Shown here: one piece after another, positions 9,321 through 17,440 of the stretch
Layout of the letters: each line of letters opens with the position of its first letter
Position numbering within the stretch: the first letter of the stretch is position 1
From: a virus
Direction: 5' to 3' (one strand)
Length of the DNA stretch: 64,000 nt
Virus record (IMG/VR): IMGVR_UViG_3300044712_001292
Location: 39,000-102,999 of that record
Made by a program: the position numbers and the translations under genes
Notes under the pieces: generated by a model
Told to the model about the DNA's origin: nothing
Database searches by the model: none
Seen by the model: the letters and a program-made list of their open reading frames with translations, nothing else

Positions 9321-12300
9321 ATGGACGCACCAGTTACGTACCGCCGCTTCGATGATATCGACGGGCAGCGCCAGGACATCTTCGACCTCGCGAAGCAGTC
9401 CATCGGGTCTATGAAGCCGTTCTCGACGCCGTCACACAGCGTCGAGATAGCTGACGTCGACTACGATGACGACTACAATCCGTCGATCGCTGAGGAGAAG
9501 GACGCCATCCTCAAGAGGAAGTCGTTGCAGCGTGCGCTGAAGGGTACGGTACGGCTGAAAGACGCTCAGGGTAATGTCGTCGAAGAGCAGCGGATGACGC
9601 TGGCCCACGTCCCCTATCTCAACTCACGCGGGCTCTTCATCCGAAACGGCGTGCCCTACGCGGTCCGTAACCAGCTGCGGCTGCGTCCGGGAGTTTATAC
9701 ACGCAAGCAGCGGAGCGGCGGCTACGAGAGCCAGTTCAACGTCCGCCCGGGGACCGGGCGCGGATTCCGTGTAGAGATGGACCCTGAAAGCGGTCTCTTC
9801 AAGATGCGCGTCGACCAGTCGACGACCAAGCTCTATCCTGTCCTCAGGGCGATGGGAGTGTCTGACGACGACATGCGTCAGGCGTGGGGCGACGATCTGT
9901 TTGAGAAGAACGCCGCAACCAGCAAGGGTCGAGACGAGCTAGACCTCTCCAAGCTGGTCCGCAAGCTCAGCGGCAAAGACGAGGATGTCGATCCCGAGAC
10001 AGCAGCGGAAGCCCTTCGTAACATCCTGCAGAAGAGTGAAGTGGATGAGGATACGACGGAGCTGACGCTCGGTGAGCGCGTTGCCCGTATCGAACCGAGG
10101 CACATCCTGGCTGCAACGCGGAAGCAGCTCGCTGTCGCACGCGGAGAGGCGGAGTCCGACAACCGTGACTCACAGGCGTATCAGTCGTTTCATGCCGCCC
10201 AGGACCTGCTGGCAGAACGTATGCGGCGTGACGCTACGGGGGCCGCTCGCAACTCGTTCTGGAAGGCTGCGCGGTTACAGTCGCTGAAGAACCTGCAGCC
10301 GGGGTTCATGAACCCGAACATCGGGTCGTTGTTCGAGGGTAGCGGGCTTGCCCTGACCGTTGAAGACATCAATCCGATCGACGTGTACGACACGCGCCAG
10401 GCAGTTACCCGTCTCGGGGAAGGCGGCATGTCGCGTGATGCGGTCAGTCGTGACGCTCGCAACGTCCAGAGCAGCTACATCGGCGTTATCGACGCTTCGC
10501 GCGCACCCGAGTCGGACGCGATCGGCGTAGACCTGCGCGTAACTGACGCCGCGATGCGCGGAAGTGACGGCCAGCTGTATACAACCGTGCGTAACCTGAA
10601 GACCGGCCAGCTCGAGACGCTGTCCGCGCGAACACTCTCGACAAAGTCCGTTACGTTTCCGGGAGAGATGGGGAACGAGGGAAAGCGCGTGCCTGCCATA
10701 CGGGGTGATCGCATCACCTACGTTCCTAAGAGCGAAGTCGACTACGAGGTCGTGAGCCCGGATGACATGGCGTCGCGCGCATCACGCCTGATTCCTTTCC
10801 CGGAAGGCATCAAGGGACAGCGTCTGCTCATGGGCGCTCGTATGACATCTCAGGCGGTTCCGCTTCAAGAGCCTGAGGCCCCATTCGTTCAGACGGGTAA
10901 CGCGGACGGGTCGTCTCTGCACGCTGCAATGGGCAGGGACGTCGGTGCCCGCATGTCTCCAGCCGACGGCATCGTGACCAAGGTAACACCAGACGTCATT
11001 GAGATGACGGGTAACGACGGACAGAAGCATCAGATTCAGCTCTATAACAACTACCCCACGGCCCGGAAGACCGTGCTGCACAACGACCCCGTCGTGCAGC
11101 CTGGCACGGTTGTGAAGGCCGGTCAGATGCTGGCCAGGTCCAATTTTACCGACGATAAGGGAACCTTCGCTATCGGGCGTAACCTGCGCGTTGGATACAT
11201 GGTTGCCGAGGGCGATAGCATCGAAGACGCCTTCGTCATCTCCGAAAGCGCAGCCAAGAAGCTGGGCGCTCAGGCGATGTACAAGGCGGATCTCGACCTC
11301 GGTCAGATCGCCTCGACAGACAAGTCCTCCTATAACGCGGTGTACGCCGGCAAGTACAGCCCCCAGCAGCTGGATCAGATCGATGACGACGGCGTCATCA
11401 AAGTGGGTGCTACCGTTCAAAAGGGCGACCCGCTGATACTCGCCATCGGCAACAAGCCGCAGTCCCTGGTCGGGGCAGTGACGAAGTCAGCCAAGTCTCA
11501 GGTGTCTGACCAGTCGCAGGTGTGGGAACACGCCGCTCCGGGAATCGTTACCGATATCAGCCGGACGAAGGACGGCATACGTGTGCTGGTCCGTTCGTAC
11601 GATGTCACGCAGGTTGGCGACAAGCTCTCCGGTCGTTACGGCAATAAGGGCGTGGTCAGCGCTCAGATTCGGCCAGACGACCAGATGCCGATCGCTGCCG
11701 ACGGGAAGCCGCTGGAAGCCATCATCAACGCCAATGGCATCATCAGTCGCGTCAATCCGGCAGCCCTAGCAGAGTCGCTGTTGGGTAAGATCGTGGAACG
11801 CACCGGGCGTGATCCGTACATTGTCAAACCGTTCAGCACCCCGGAAGGCATCGCTGATTTTGCGCTGAACGAGGCGGCCAAGCACGGGATCAGCGAGACG
11901 GAGACCGTCGTAGACCCGCGCGACGGCCGTAAGATCCCCAATGTCTTCGTCGGCAACTCCTACATCATGCGCCTTCATCATAAGGCCGAAGGCAAGATCA
12001 GCGGTAGAGATCAGGGCACCTACACGGTCGACGAATACCCAGCCCGTGGCGGCGCTGAAGGCTGCTTCATCGCCGAGCAGCCTGTTCTTACGCGGTTTGG
12101 CAGCATGCCCATCGGAGATATCGTTCATCTGAAGGCGGAGGTCCATGTATTGACGTGGTCTGACGTCGCCGGTAGCTGGGTCTATCGCCCCGTGACGGAC
12201 TGGTTCGAGTACACAGCACGGGCGTCCGACCTGCGAGTTGTCGAGCTAGAGCCTTCGACCGGCATTACGCACAACGTATTCACGGCGACACTAAATCACA

Positions 12301-14114
12301 ATGTCGTCATGTACGATGGTGGAATGAAGACGGTAGCGGAGCTGCATCCCGGAGACCGGCTGACGGCCATGAGCCAGGACGGTGCACGCGTTCCGGTTCG
12401 TATCGCCGATATTACACCCTATCAGGCGGACGAGGAGTTCATTGCTGTCTACGACATCACCGTCGACGACACGCATCTGTACTGCGCGGGCGCAGCCCTG
12501 GTGTCCAACTCCAAGCGTATCAGCCTGCTTGATACCGGAACACTTCTCGCAGCGGGAGCCACGAACTTTCTAAAAGATGCGAAGCTGGTTCGCGGTCAAC
12601 GCAATGACGACTACTGGCGACAGGTGCGGCACGGCGAGACGCCCATGCTGCCTACCGGTGCGTTCGCAGATGAACAGTTCAAGTCGCTTCTGAAGGCTGC
12701 AGGGGTCAACGTCCGTGAGGCGGGAACGAAGGAGCAGCTCAGCCCGCTGCTCGATACCGATGTCGACCGCATGGCGTCACATGAGATTCAGAACGCGGAA
12801 ACGTTCGATTTCGAGACGATGCGTCCGGTCGAGGGCGGCCTCTTCGATACAGGCATCACAGGCGGTGCCGGTGGCAACAAGTTCGCCAAGATCACGCTGC
12901 CGGTGAAGGTCCCGCACCCACTCTTCCTCGATCCGATCCGCCGTATCCTGGGCCTTACTGGCAAGGAGCTTGATGCGGTTCTGATGGGAAAGGAGCAGCT
13001 GAACGGGGAGACAGGACCGGGAGCGGTTGAGAAGGCACTCGGGGAGATCGACGTCCCCCGCGAGATGGAGCTTGCCAAGCAGACCATTCGGACGGGGTCC
13101 GCCACCAAGCGTGATGCGGCCGTCAAGCGCCTGCATTATCTTGCTGGGCTTCAGAAGATGCATGTGAGCCCGCAGGATCTCATGGTCAGCAAGATAGCGG
13201 TCGTCCCTCCGCGGTACCGGCCTATCGTCCGTGGTCGTAACACGGACATGATCCATGATCTGAACTACCTCTACAAGGACCTGCTCGAGGCCCGCAAGAA
13301 CTACCAGGATGCGAAGGGTGTATTCGGTGAGGCCCATGACGAGTATGGCACTCTGATGAAGGCTGTGCAGGCGGTCACAGGCATCGAGGGTCCTGTAAAC
13401 CCCAAGACGGCTGAACAGGGCGTCAAGGGTGTTCTACAGTACGCGATAGGCCTCGGCACGAGCCCGAAGGCAGGCGGTTACCAGCGCAAGGTCATCGGTA
13501 CTGCGGTGGATACAGTCGGGCGTAGCGTCATCACCGCCGACCGCTCGCTCGGGCTGGACGACGTCGGCATCCCCGAAACGATGGCGTGGAAGATGTTCCG
13601 GCCGTACGTCATTCGGAGACTGGTCACGCAGGGCATGCCGCCTGCAGAGGCGCTGCAGGCTGTAGAGGACCGTACCCCTGCAGCGGCAGCCATGCTCGAT
13701 GAGGAGATGAAGGTTCGCCCTGTCGTCTACAATCGGGCACCGGCCCTCCACCGCTACGCGTATCAGGGGGCGTGGGCTCGACGGGTGCCTGACGACTCCA
13801 TCCACGTGCCATACTACACGCTGAAGGCGATTGGTGGGGACTTCGACGGCGACGCTATAAACATCCACGTGCCATCCAGTTACGAGGCTATTGAAGACGT
13901 CAAGGAGAAGCTCATGCCGTCGAAGAACCTGTTCTTTACAGGTAACTTCGAGACGCATTACGAGCCGACGCAGGATTATACGCTCGGGCTGCACCTGGCT
14001 GGTAAGATGGACCCGAGCCAGAAGCCCGTTACCTTTGCTAACGCGCAGGAGGCTAAGGCCGCCTACGCTCGCGGGCTGATCAACGCACGCACCCCGATCA
14101 GGATCCTGTCATGA
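9321..14114 (+). CDS. rpoB: Phage multisubunit RNA polymerase: beta fused to the N-terminal half of beta', with an intein
   Basis: beta motifs RLLMGARMTSQAVPL, GRNLRVGYM..EDAFVISE, GDKLSGRYGNKGVVS, YIMRLHH; beta' motifs VVPPRYRP, DLNYLY, NRAPALHR and catalytic GGDFDGD (13833-13853). Confidence 0.95.
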   Translation: MDAPVTYRRFDDIDGQRQDIFDLAKQSIGSMKPFSTPSHSVEIADVDYDDDYNPSIAEEKDAILKRKSLQRALKGTVRLKDAQGNVVEEQRMTLAHVPYLNSRGLFIRNGVPYAVRNQLRLRPGVYTRKQRSGGYESQFNVRPGTGRGFRVEMDPESGLFKMRVDQSTTKLYPVLRAMGVSDDDMRQAWGDDLFEKNAATSKGRDELDLSKLVRKLSGKDEDVDPETAAEALRNILQKSEVDEDTTELTLGERVARIEPRHILAATRKQLAVARGEAESDNRDSQAYQSFHAAQDLLAERMRRDATGAARNSFWKAARLQSLKNLQPGFMNPNIGSLFEGSGLALTVEDINPIDVYDTRQAVTRLGEGGMSRDAVSRDARNVQSSYIGVIDASRAPESDAIGVDLRVTDAAMRGSDGQLYTTVRNLKTGQLETLSARTLSTKSVTFPGEMGNEGKRVPAIRGDRITYVPKSEVDYEVVSPDDMASRASRLIPFPEGIKGQRLLMGARMTSQAVPLQEPEAPFVQTGNADGSSLHAAMGRDVGARMSPADGIVTKVTPDVIEMTGNDGQKHQIQLYNNYPTARKTVLHNDPVVQPGTVVKAGQMLARSNFTDDKGTFAIGRNLRVGYMVAEGDSIEDAFVISESAAKKLGAQAMYKADLDLGQIASTDKSSYNAVYAGKYSPQQLDQIDDDGVIKVGATVQKGDPLILAIGNKPQSLVGAVTKSAKSQVSDQSQVWEHAAPGIVTDISRTKDGIRVLVRSYDVTQVGDKLSGRYGNKGVVSAQIRPDDQMPIAADGKPLEAIINANGIISRVNPAALAESLLGKIVERTGRDPYIVKPFSTPEGIADFALNEAAKHGISETETVVDPRDGRKIPNVFVGNSYIMRLHHKAEGKISGRDQGTYTVDEYPARGGAEGCFIAEQPVLTRFGSMPIGDIVHLKAEVHVLTWSDVAGSWVYRPVTDWFEYTARASDLRVVELEPSTGITHNVFTATLNHNVVMYDGGMKTVAELHPGDRLTAMSQDGARVPVRIADITPYQADEEFIAVYDITVDDTHLYCAGAALVSNSKRISLLDTGTLLAAGATNFLKDAKLVRGQRNDDYWRQVRHGETPMLPTGAFADEQFKSLLKAAGVNVREAGTKEQLSPLLDTDVDRMASHEIQNAETFDFETMRPVEGGLFDTGITGGAGGNKFAKITLPVKVPHPLFLDPIRRILGLTGKELDAVLMGKEQLNGETGPGAVEKALGEIDVPREMELAKQTIRTGSATKRDAAVKRLHYLAGLQKMHVSPQDLMVSKIAVVPPRYRPIVRGRNTDMIHDLNYLYKDLLEARKNYQDAKGVFGEAHDEYGTLMKAVQAVTGIEGPVNPKTAEQGVKGVLQYAIGLGTSPKAGGYQRKVIGTAVDTVGRSVITADRSLGLDDVGIPETMAWKMFRPYVIRRLVTQGMPPAEALQAVEDRTPAAAAMLDEEMKVRPVVYNRAPALHRYAYQGAWARRVPDDSIHVPYYTLKAIGGDFDGDAINIHVPSSYEAIEDVKEKLMPSKNLFFTGNFETHYEPTQDYTLGLHLAGKMDPSQKPVTFANAQEAKAAYARGLINARTPIRILS
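12063..12509 (+). mobile_element. Mini-intein (149 aa, no homing endonuclease) in the RNAP beta C-terminal region
   Basis: Starts G|CFIAEQPV; block B TLNH; block F VYDITVDDTHLY; ends LVSN|S. Confidence 0.9.
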
Positions 14115-14881
14115 ACTTCTGGAAGCTTGCTCAGGATATACAGCTTGCGAAGCCGCCGCTCGATAGCCTCGGAGGGTTTCAGCAGCCGGCCCTGCTTGGC
14201 ACATACACGCGCAGAGGTGACCTCGTACTCGGCGACCCCGGCGCAGAGGCTATGCGGCATGCGCGTATGCAACCGCATTTCTATAGGTCGCCACACATGG
14301 TGGCCTCCGAACTGAATAGTCGTCGTGTGCCAGCAGCCGCGCTCCCGTATCCGGCGTCCATGCTGCCACCTGGCATGGCAGACACGGCTCCGCCGCAGGA
14401 TCCGACGAAGTCGTACCTGGACGGGTACATGACTAACAACGTCAGGCGCACGGTATCGGCTCCGCGTGACCCGCAGGGGAACGTATCGCTGTTGTCGCTG
14501 TATCACGAAAAGGCGCATCAGAGCGATCCGGCGGAACTCGTTACGCGTGACCTCGAGCGAGAGATTCCAGCAGCGGTAGCAGACACGTCTGCGTACATGC
14601 AGAATGAGCTGCCGTACACCCCAGCAGGCGTTGACAGGGCGCAGACGGTGGTGAACCGTATGGCGCAGTACGATACGTCTATACCACCGTGGGTTTACAG
14701 TCACATGCTCAAGTATGGGCCGAAGGTACGGTTCGACAGTCCGGAGGAGGACGCTAAGTCGGTGCGCGACTGGATACGCTCTCTGCGCAGGAACACGGAG
14801 CTTGGGAACAAGTACCGTGCGTGGGCCGCCTCTCCCGCCGTAGGACCTGTTTTTAAGGCACCGCCCGCCATCGCATGGTAG
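14111..14881 (+). CDS. Hypothetical protein with HExxH zincin-like motif
   Basis: LYHEKAH...E at 14504-14518; N-terminal MNFWKLA. Confidence 0.6.
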   Translation: MNFWKLAQDIQLAKPPLDSLGGFQQPALLGTYTRRGDLVLGDPGAEAMRHARMQPHFYRSPHMVASELNSRRVPAAALPYPASMLPPGMADTAPPQDPTKSYLDGYMTNNVRRTVSAPRDPQGNVSLLSLYHEKAHQSDPAELVTRDLEREIPAAVADTSAYMQNELPYTPAGVDRAQTVVNRMAQYDTSIPPWVYSHMLKYGPKVRFDSPEEDAKSVRDWIRSLRRNTELGNKYRAWAASPAVGPVFKAPPAIAW

Positions 14882-14884
14882 CCG

Positions 14885-14912
14885 TGGACTACCCCGTAAC
14901 TCCCTATAGGAT
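14885..14912 (+). promoter_or_regulatory. Putative promoter TGGACT-16-TAGGAT, 6 nt before ATG 14919
   Basis: Fixed-spacing motif; shares TAACTCCCTATAG with the site at 51968. Confidence 0.55.
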
Positions 14913-14918
14913 CTGACC

Positions 14919-15545
14919 ATGATCTCCGCGCAGCGTCTCTTCAAGCGTGCTCTGGCTGAAAAGCTGGCCTTCACTCCGATGGGTGCCTCTCAGCAGGCCG
15001 CCGGCCCTGGCGGTGCTCCCGTCTCCCCTGGGCAGCCGCCTCCTGCCGGTCCTCCTGGCGCTCCGATGGATCCCGCCGCTATGGGCGGCGCTCCGATGGA
15101 CCCTGCTGCTATGGGTGGAGCTCCTCCGATGGATCCGTCCATGGCCGGAGCCCCTCCGATGGATCCCGCTGCTATGGGTGGAGCTCCTCCGATGGACCCG
15201 TCCGCCATGGGTGGCATGCCGCCCCTGGATCCGTCCATGCTCGGTGCCCCGCCGGAAGCTCCTCCTGTAAACGATCCGTCCACAGACGTGGATAGTGACG
15301 GCAAGCCGGACACGATGGTCCCGCTGGCAGCGATGAAGGACTTCGCCGTCGGTATCATCGAGGCGATGAAGGGCCGCCAGACCGCTCCGGCCAAGGCTGA
15401 GAAGGAGAAGGCGGAGGCAGCCGCAGCCGCCGATTCGATGTCCATGCCTGGCCCTGTGACTGGGCAGCCTGGGTTCGATCCGTCGATGATTTCCGGACCG
15501 CTGAAGACCGCCTCTGTGTTGACAAAGGTCCTGCGGAAGCGCTGA
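14919..15545 (+). CDS. Low-complexity Pro/Gly/Met repeat protein
   Basis: 208 aa; tandem MGGAP(P)MDPAA units; EKLA and KTA motifs. Confidence 0.75.
   Translation: MISAQRLFKRALAEKLAFTPMGASQQAAGPGGAPVSPGQPPPAGPPGAPMDPAAMGGAPMDPAAMGGAPPMDPSMAGAPPMDPAAMGGAPPMDPSAMGGMPPLDPSMLGAPPEAPPVNDPSTDVDSDGKPDTMVPLAAMKDFAVGIIEAMKGRQTAPAKAEKEKAEAAAAADSMSMPGPVTGQPGFDPSMISGPLKTASVLTKVLRKR
15056..15250 (+). repeat. Coding tandem repeat, about six 30-33 nt units (GCTCCGATGGAYCC...ATGGG)
   Basis: Directly visible imperfect repeats. Confidence 0.8.
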
Positions 15546-15546
15546 C

Positions 15547-17268
15547 ATGTTGGGCCTGCTGTACGTGAAGCTCGCTGCTGAAGGCGAGGCCCCGGACTGG
15601 CTCACGCGTATGGGCGTAGGTGCCCCAGCGCCGACCTACGGCGCCGGTCTTCCCGTGACGTCTGGTACGTCGACCATATTCGGCGCTGCAAGCGGTATCA
15701 TAGGTGACGCAGACCCGGACGTCGGGCTCGTCATGAACCTGCTGCAGCCCTTCTTGCGGGATCTACTGCCGAAGGATATCGCCGAGAAGCTGACGCAACA
15801 GCAGCAGCGCATCGCCACTGGCGCAGGCACGTTGGCGCAGTCGTCGCAGATCTCCAACATACTCATGGGCGCGAACCAGTCGCTCATGGACCAGCAGGCA
15901 GAGCGGCTGGGTAGAGTACTGACGGGAAGCGCTGATCAGGTCGAGAACCCGCTCGCGAAGAAGGGCCTGACGTGGCTCGCTAACCTTGCTACGTCGCATC
16001 CTAAAGAGGCTGGTAAGCTGGTGCAGATGGCTCGCACCATGCAGATCCCGGTTCTGTCCCCCGCACTGAACGTGCTGTTCCGTGATGTACCGCTGACGTA
16101 CATGCCGCTTGTGCAGGCGTCGTACGACATGGGTGGTGATGAGCAGTCTCCGCAGGTCCTCGAGGAACTGCTGAACAACTACAACAAGGCGTATAGCGCC
16201 GGTGTATTCAAGGACGCGGAAGGTAACCAGCTTGACGCATCGATGGCGATGGCCGGGTTTGGGCTGGCAGCGCACTCGCTTGGCTCTCGCGCGACACTCA
16301 GCGATAGCGTCAACCTTGCCCGCGCAGCGTCGTACGTCACGACCGCCGGTCTCGCTTCGAACCCGCAGGTCGCCTACGAGATCGTTCGTCAGATGGGCCC
16401 TGAGCAGGTGCTGCGCGACCTGAACGGGTTCGCCACGAAGATGAAGACCATCAGCGCCCGTATGCAGGGGGCGTCGATCGGTGATAAGCAGTCGGCAATG
16501 CTGAAGACTCTCGAGCTGTCCGAGAAGACGGGCCTCCCGTTCGAGCACGGTATCGCCAATACGCTGATGCAGGCGGAACGTGAGAAGGTGTTCCGTCAGA
16601 GCGGTAAGACGCCACAAGAGCTATCGCAGATCGCGTCGCTGCAGCAGGCCCGCCAGCAGGCGGACACGGAGGGTTTCGCCCAGGCGGACACCACGCGTGG
16701 CCTCACCGCATGGGCCATGGAGACCCAGGAAGGCAACGCGGCGCTAAACGAGTTCCTTCGCAACCCGTCAGCAGAAGCCGCCTCGGATATGCTCACGCGA
16801 GCCCGCCAGTCGGGTGCGTGGTATAATCGCAATAACTACAACCCCAGCATCCTGCGTCAGAAGTTCGGGCCGGAGCACTTCGAGGCGTTTGCTACGGGTG
16901 AGCAGCTGGACCTGGCACGTGAGTTGGGCGGTCAGCAGGGCTCGTTCTATCAGATGCTGCAGAACCGCGATCAGTATAAGCAGCTGTTCGAGGACCCGCT
17001 GAGCGCCCCAGCTAGCATGCGTGAACAGTTCGCGAGCATGCCGGGCTATGTTCGTAAGCAGCTCATGAACCCGGCCGTTCGCGCGGCTTTCGTGAATGAC
17101 TACGCTCGACGTCAGGTTCAGGCTCCGCGTCCGGCCGTACTGCCAGACATTCAGCAGTTCTCTCCGGAAGAGATGGAGCAGATGCCGAAGCCAGCCGCGA
17201 CCCCGGCCACACCGACACAGGAGGGGCCTGACAATGTTGGTCCAGCTCCGACACCAGGAAAGCGGTAA
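15547..17268 (+). CDS. Helical Ala/Gln-rich virion protein (tape-measure-like or ejection protein)
   Basis: 573 aa; N-terminal MLGLLYVKLAAE leader. Confidence 0.65.
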   Translation: MLGLLYVKLAAEGEAPDWLTRMGVGAPAPTYGAGLPVTSGTSTIFGAASGIIGDADPDVGLVMNLLQPFLRDLLPKDIAEKLTQQQQRIATGAGTLAQSSQISNILMGANQSLMDQQAERLGRVLTGSADQVENPLAKKGLTWLANLATSHPKEAGKLVQMARTMQIPVLSPALNVLFRDVPLTYMPLVQASYDMGGDEQSPQVLEELLNNYNKAYSAGVFKDAEGNQLDASMAMAGFGLAAHSLGSRATLSDSVNLARAASYVTTAGLASNPQVAYEIVRQMGPEQVLRDLNGFATKMKTISARMQGASIGDKQSAMLKTLELSEKTGLPFEHGIANTLMQAEREKVFRQSGKTPQELSQIASLQQARQQADTEGFAQADTTRGLTAWAMETQEGNAALNEFLRNPSAEAASDMLTRARQSGAWYNRNNYNPSILRQKFGPEHFEAFATGEQLDLARELGGQQGSFYQMLQNRDQYKQLFEDPLSAPASMREQFASMPGYVRKQLMNPAVRAAFVNDYARRQVQAPRPAVLPDIQQFSPEEMEQMPKPAATPATPTQEGPDNVGPAPTPGKR

Positions 17269-17440
17269 AATCTACGTCATACCGGCTTCCCAGGTCGTTG
17301 TATTCAACGATGACGGGGATCCTGTCGACATTACGTACGAGCGCGACCGCCTGATCCTCTGTACTGACGCTGGACAGTCGGATTTCGTCAACACGATAGC
17401 CGCTCTTAAGATATCCAAGCTGGACACGAAACGTGGCTGA
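17234..17440 (+). CDS. Small hypothetical protein (68 aa) just upstream of beta'-C
   Basis: ATG 17234 within ORF 17096..17440; fills the gap and overlaps both neighbours. Confidence 0.55.
   Translation: MLVQLRHQESGKIYVIPASQVVVFNDDGDPVDITYERDRLILCTDAGQSDFVNTIAALKISKLDTKRG

Noticed and set aside
14897-14910. T7-like promoter (resembles GACTCACTATAG)
   Set aside because: Only the 3' part is similar and no single-subunit RNAP is present; it fits the local -10 family instead
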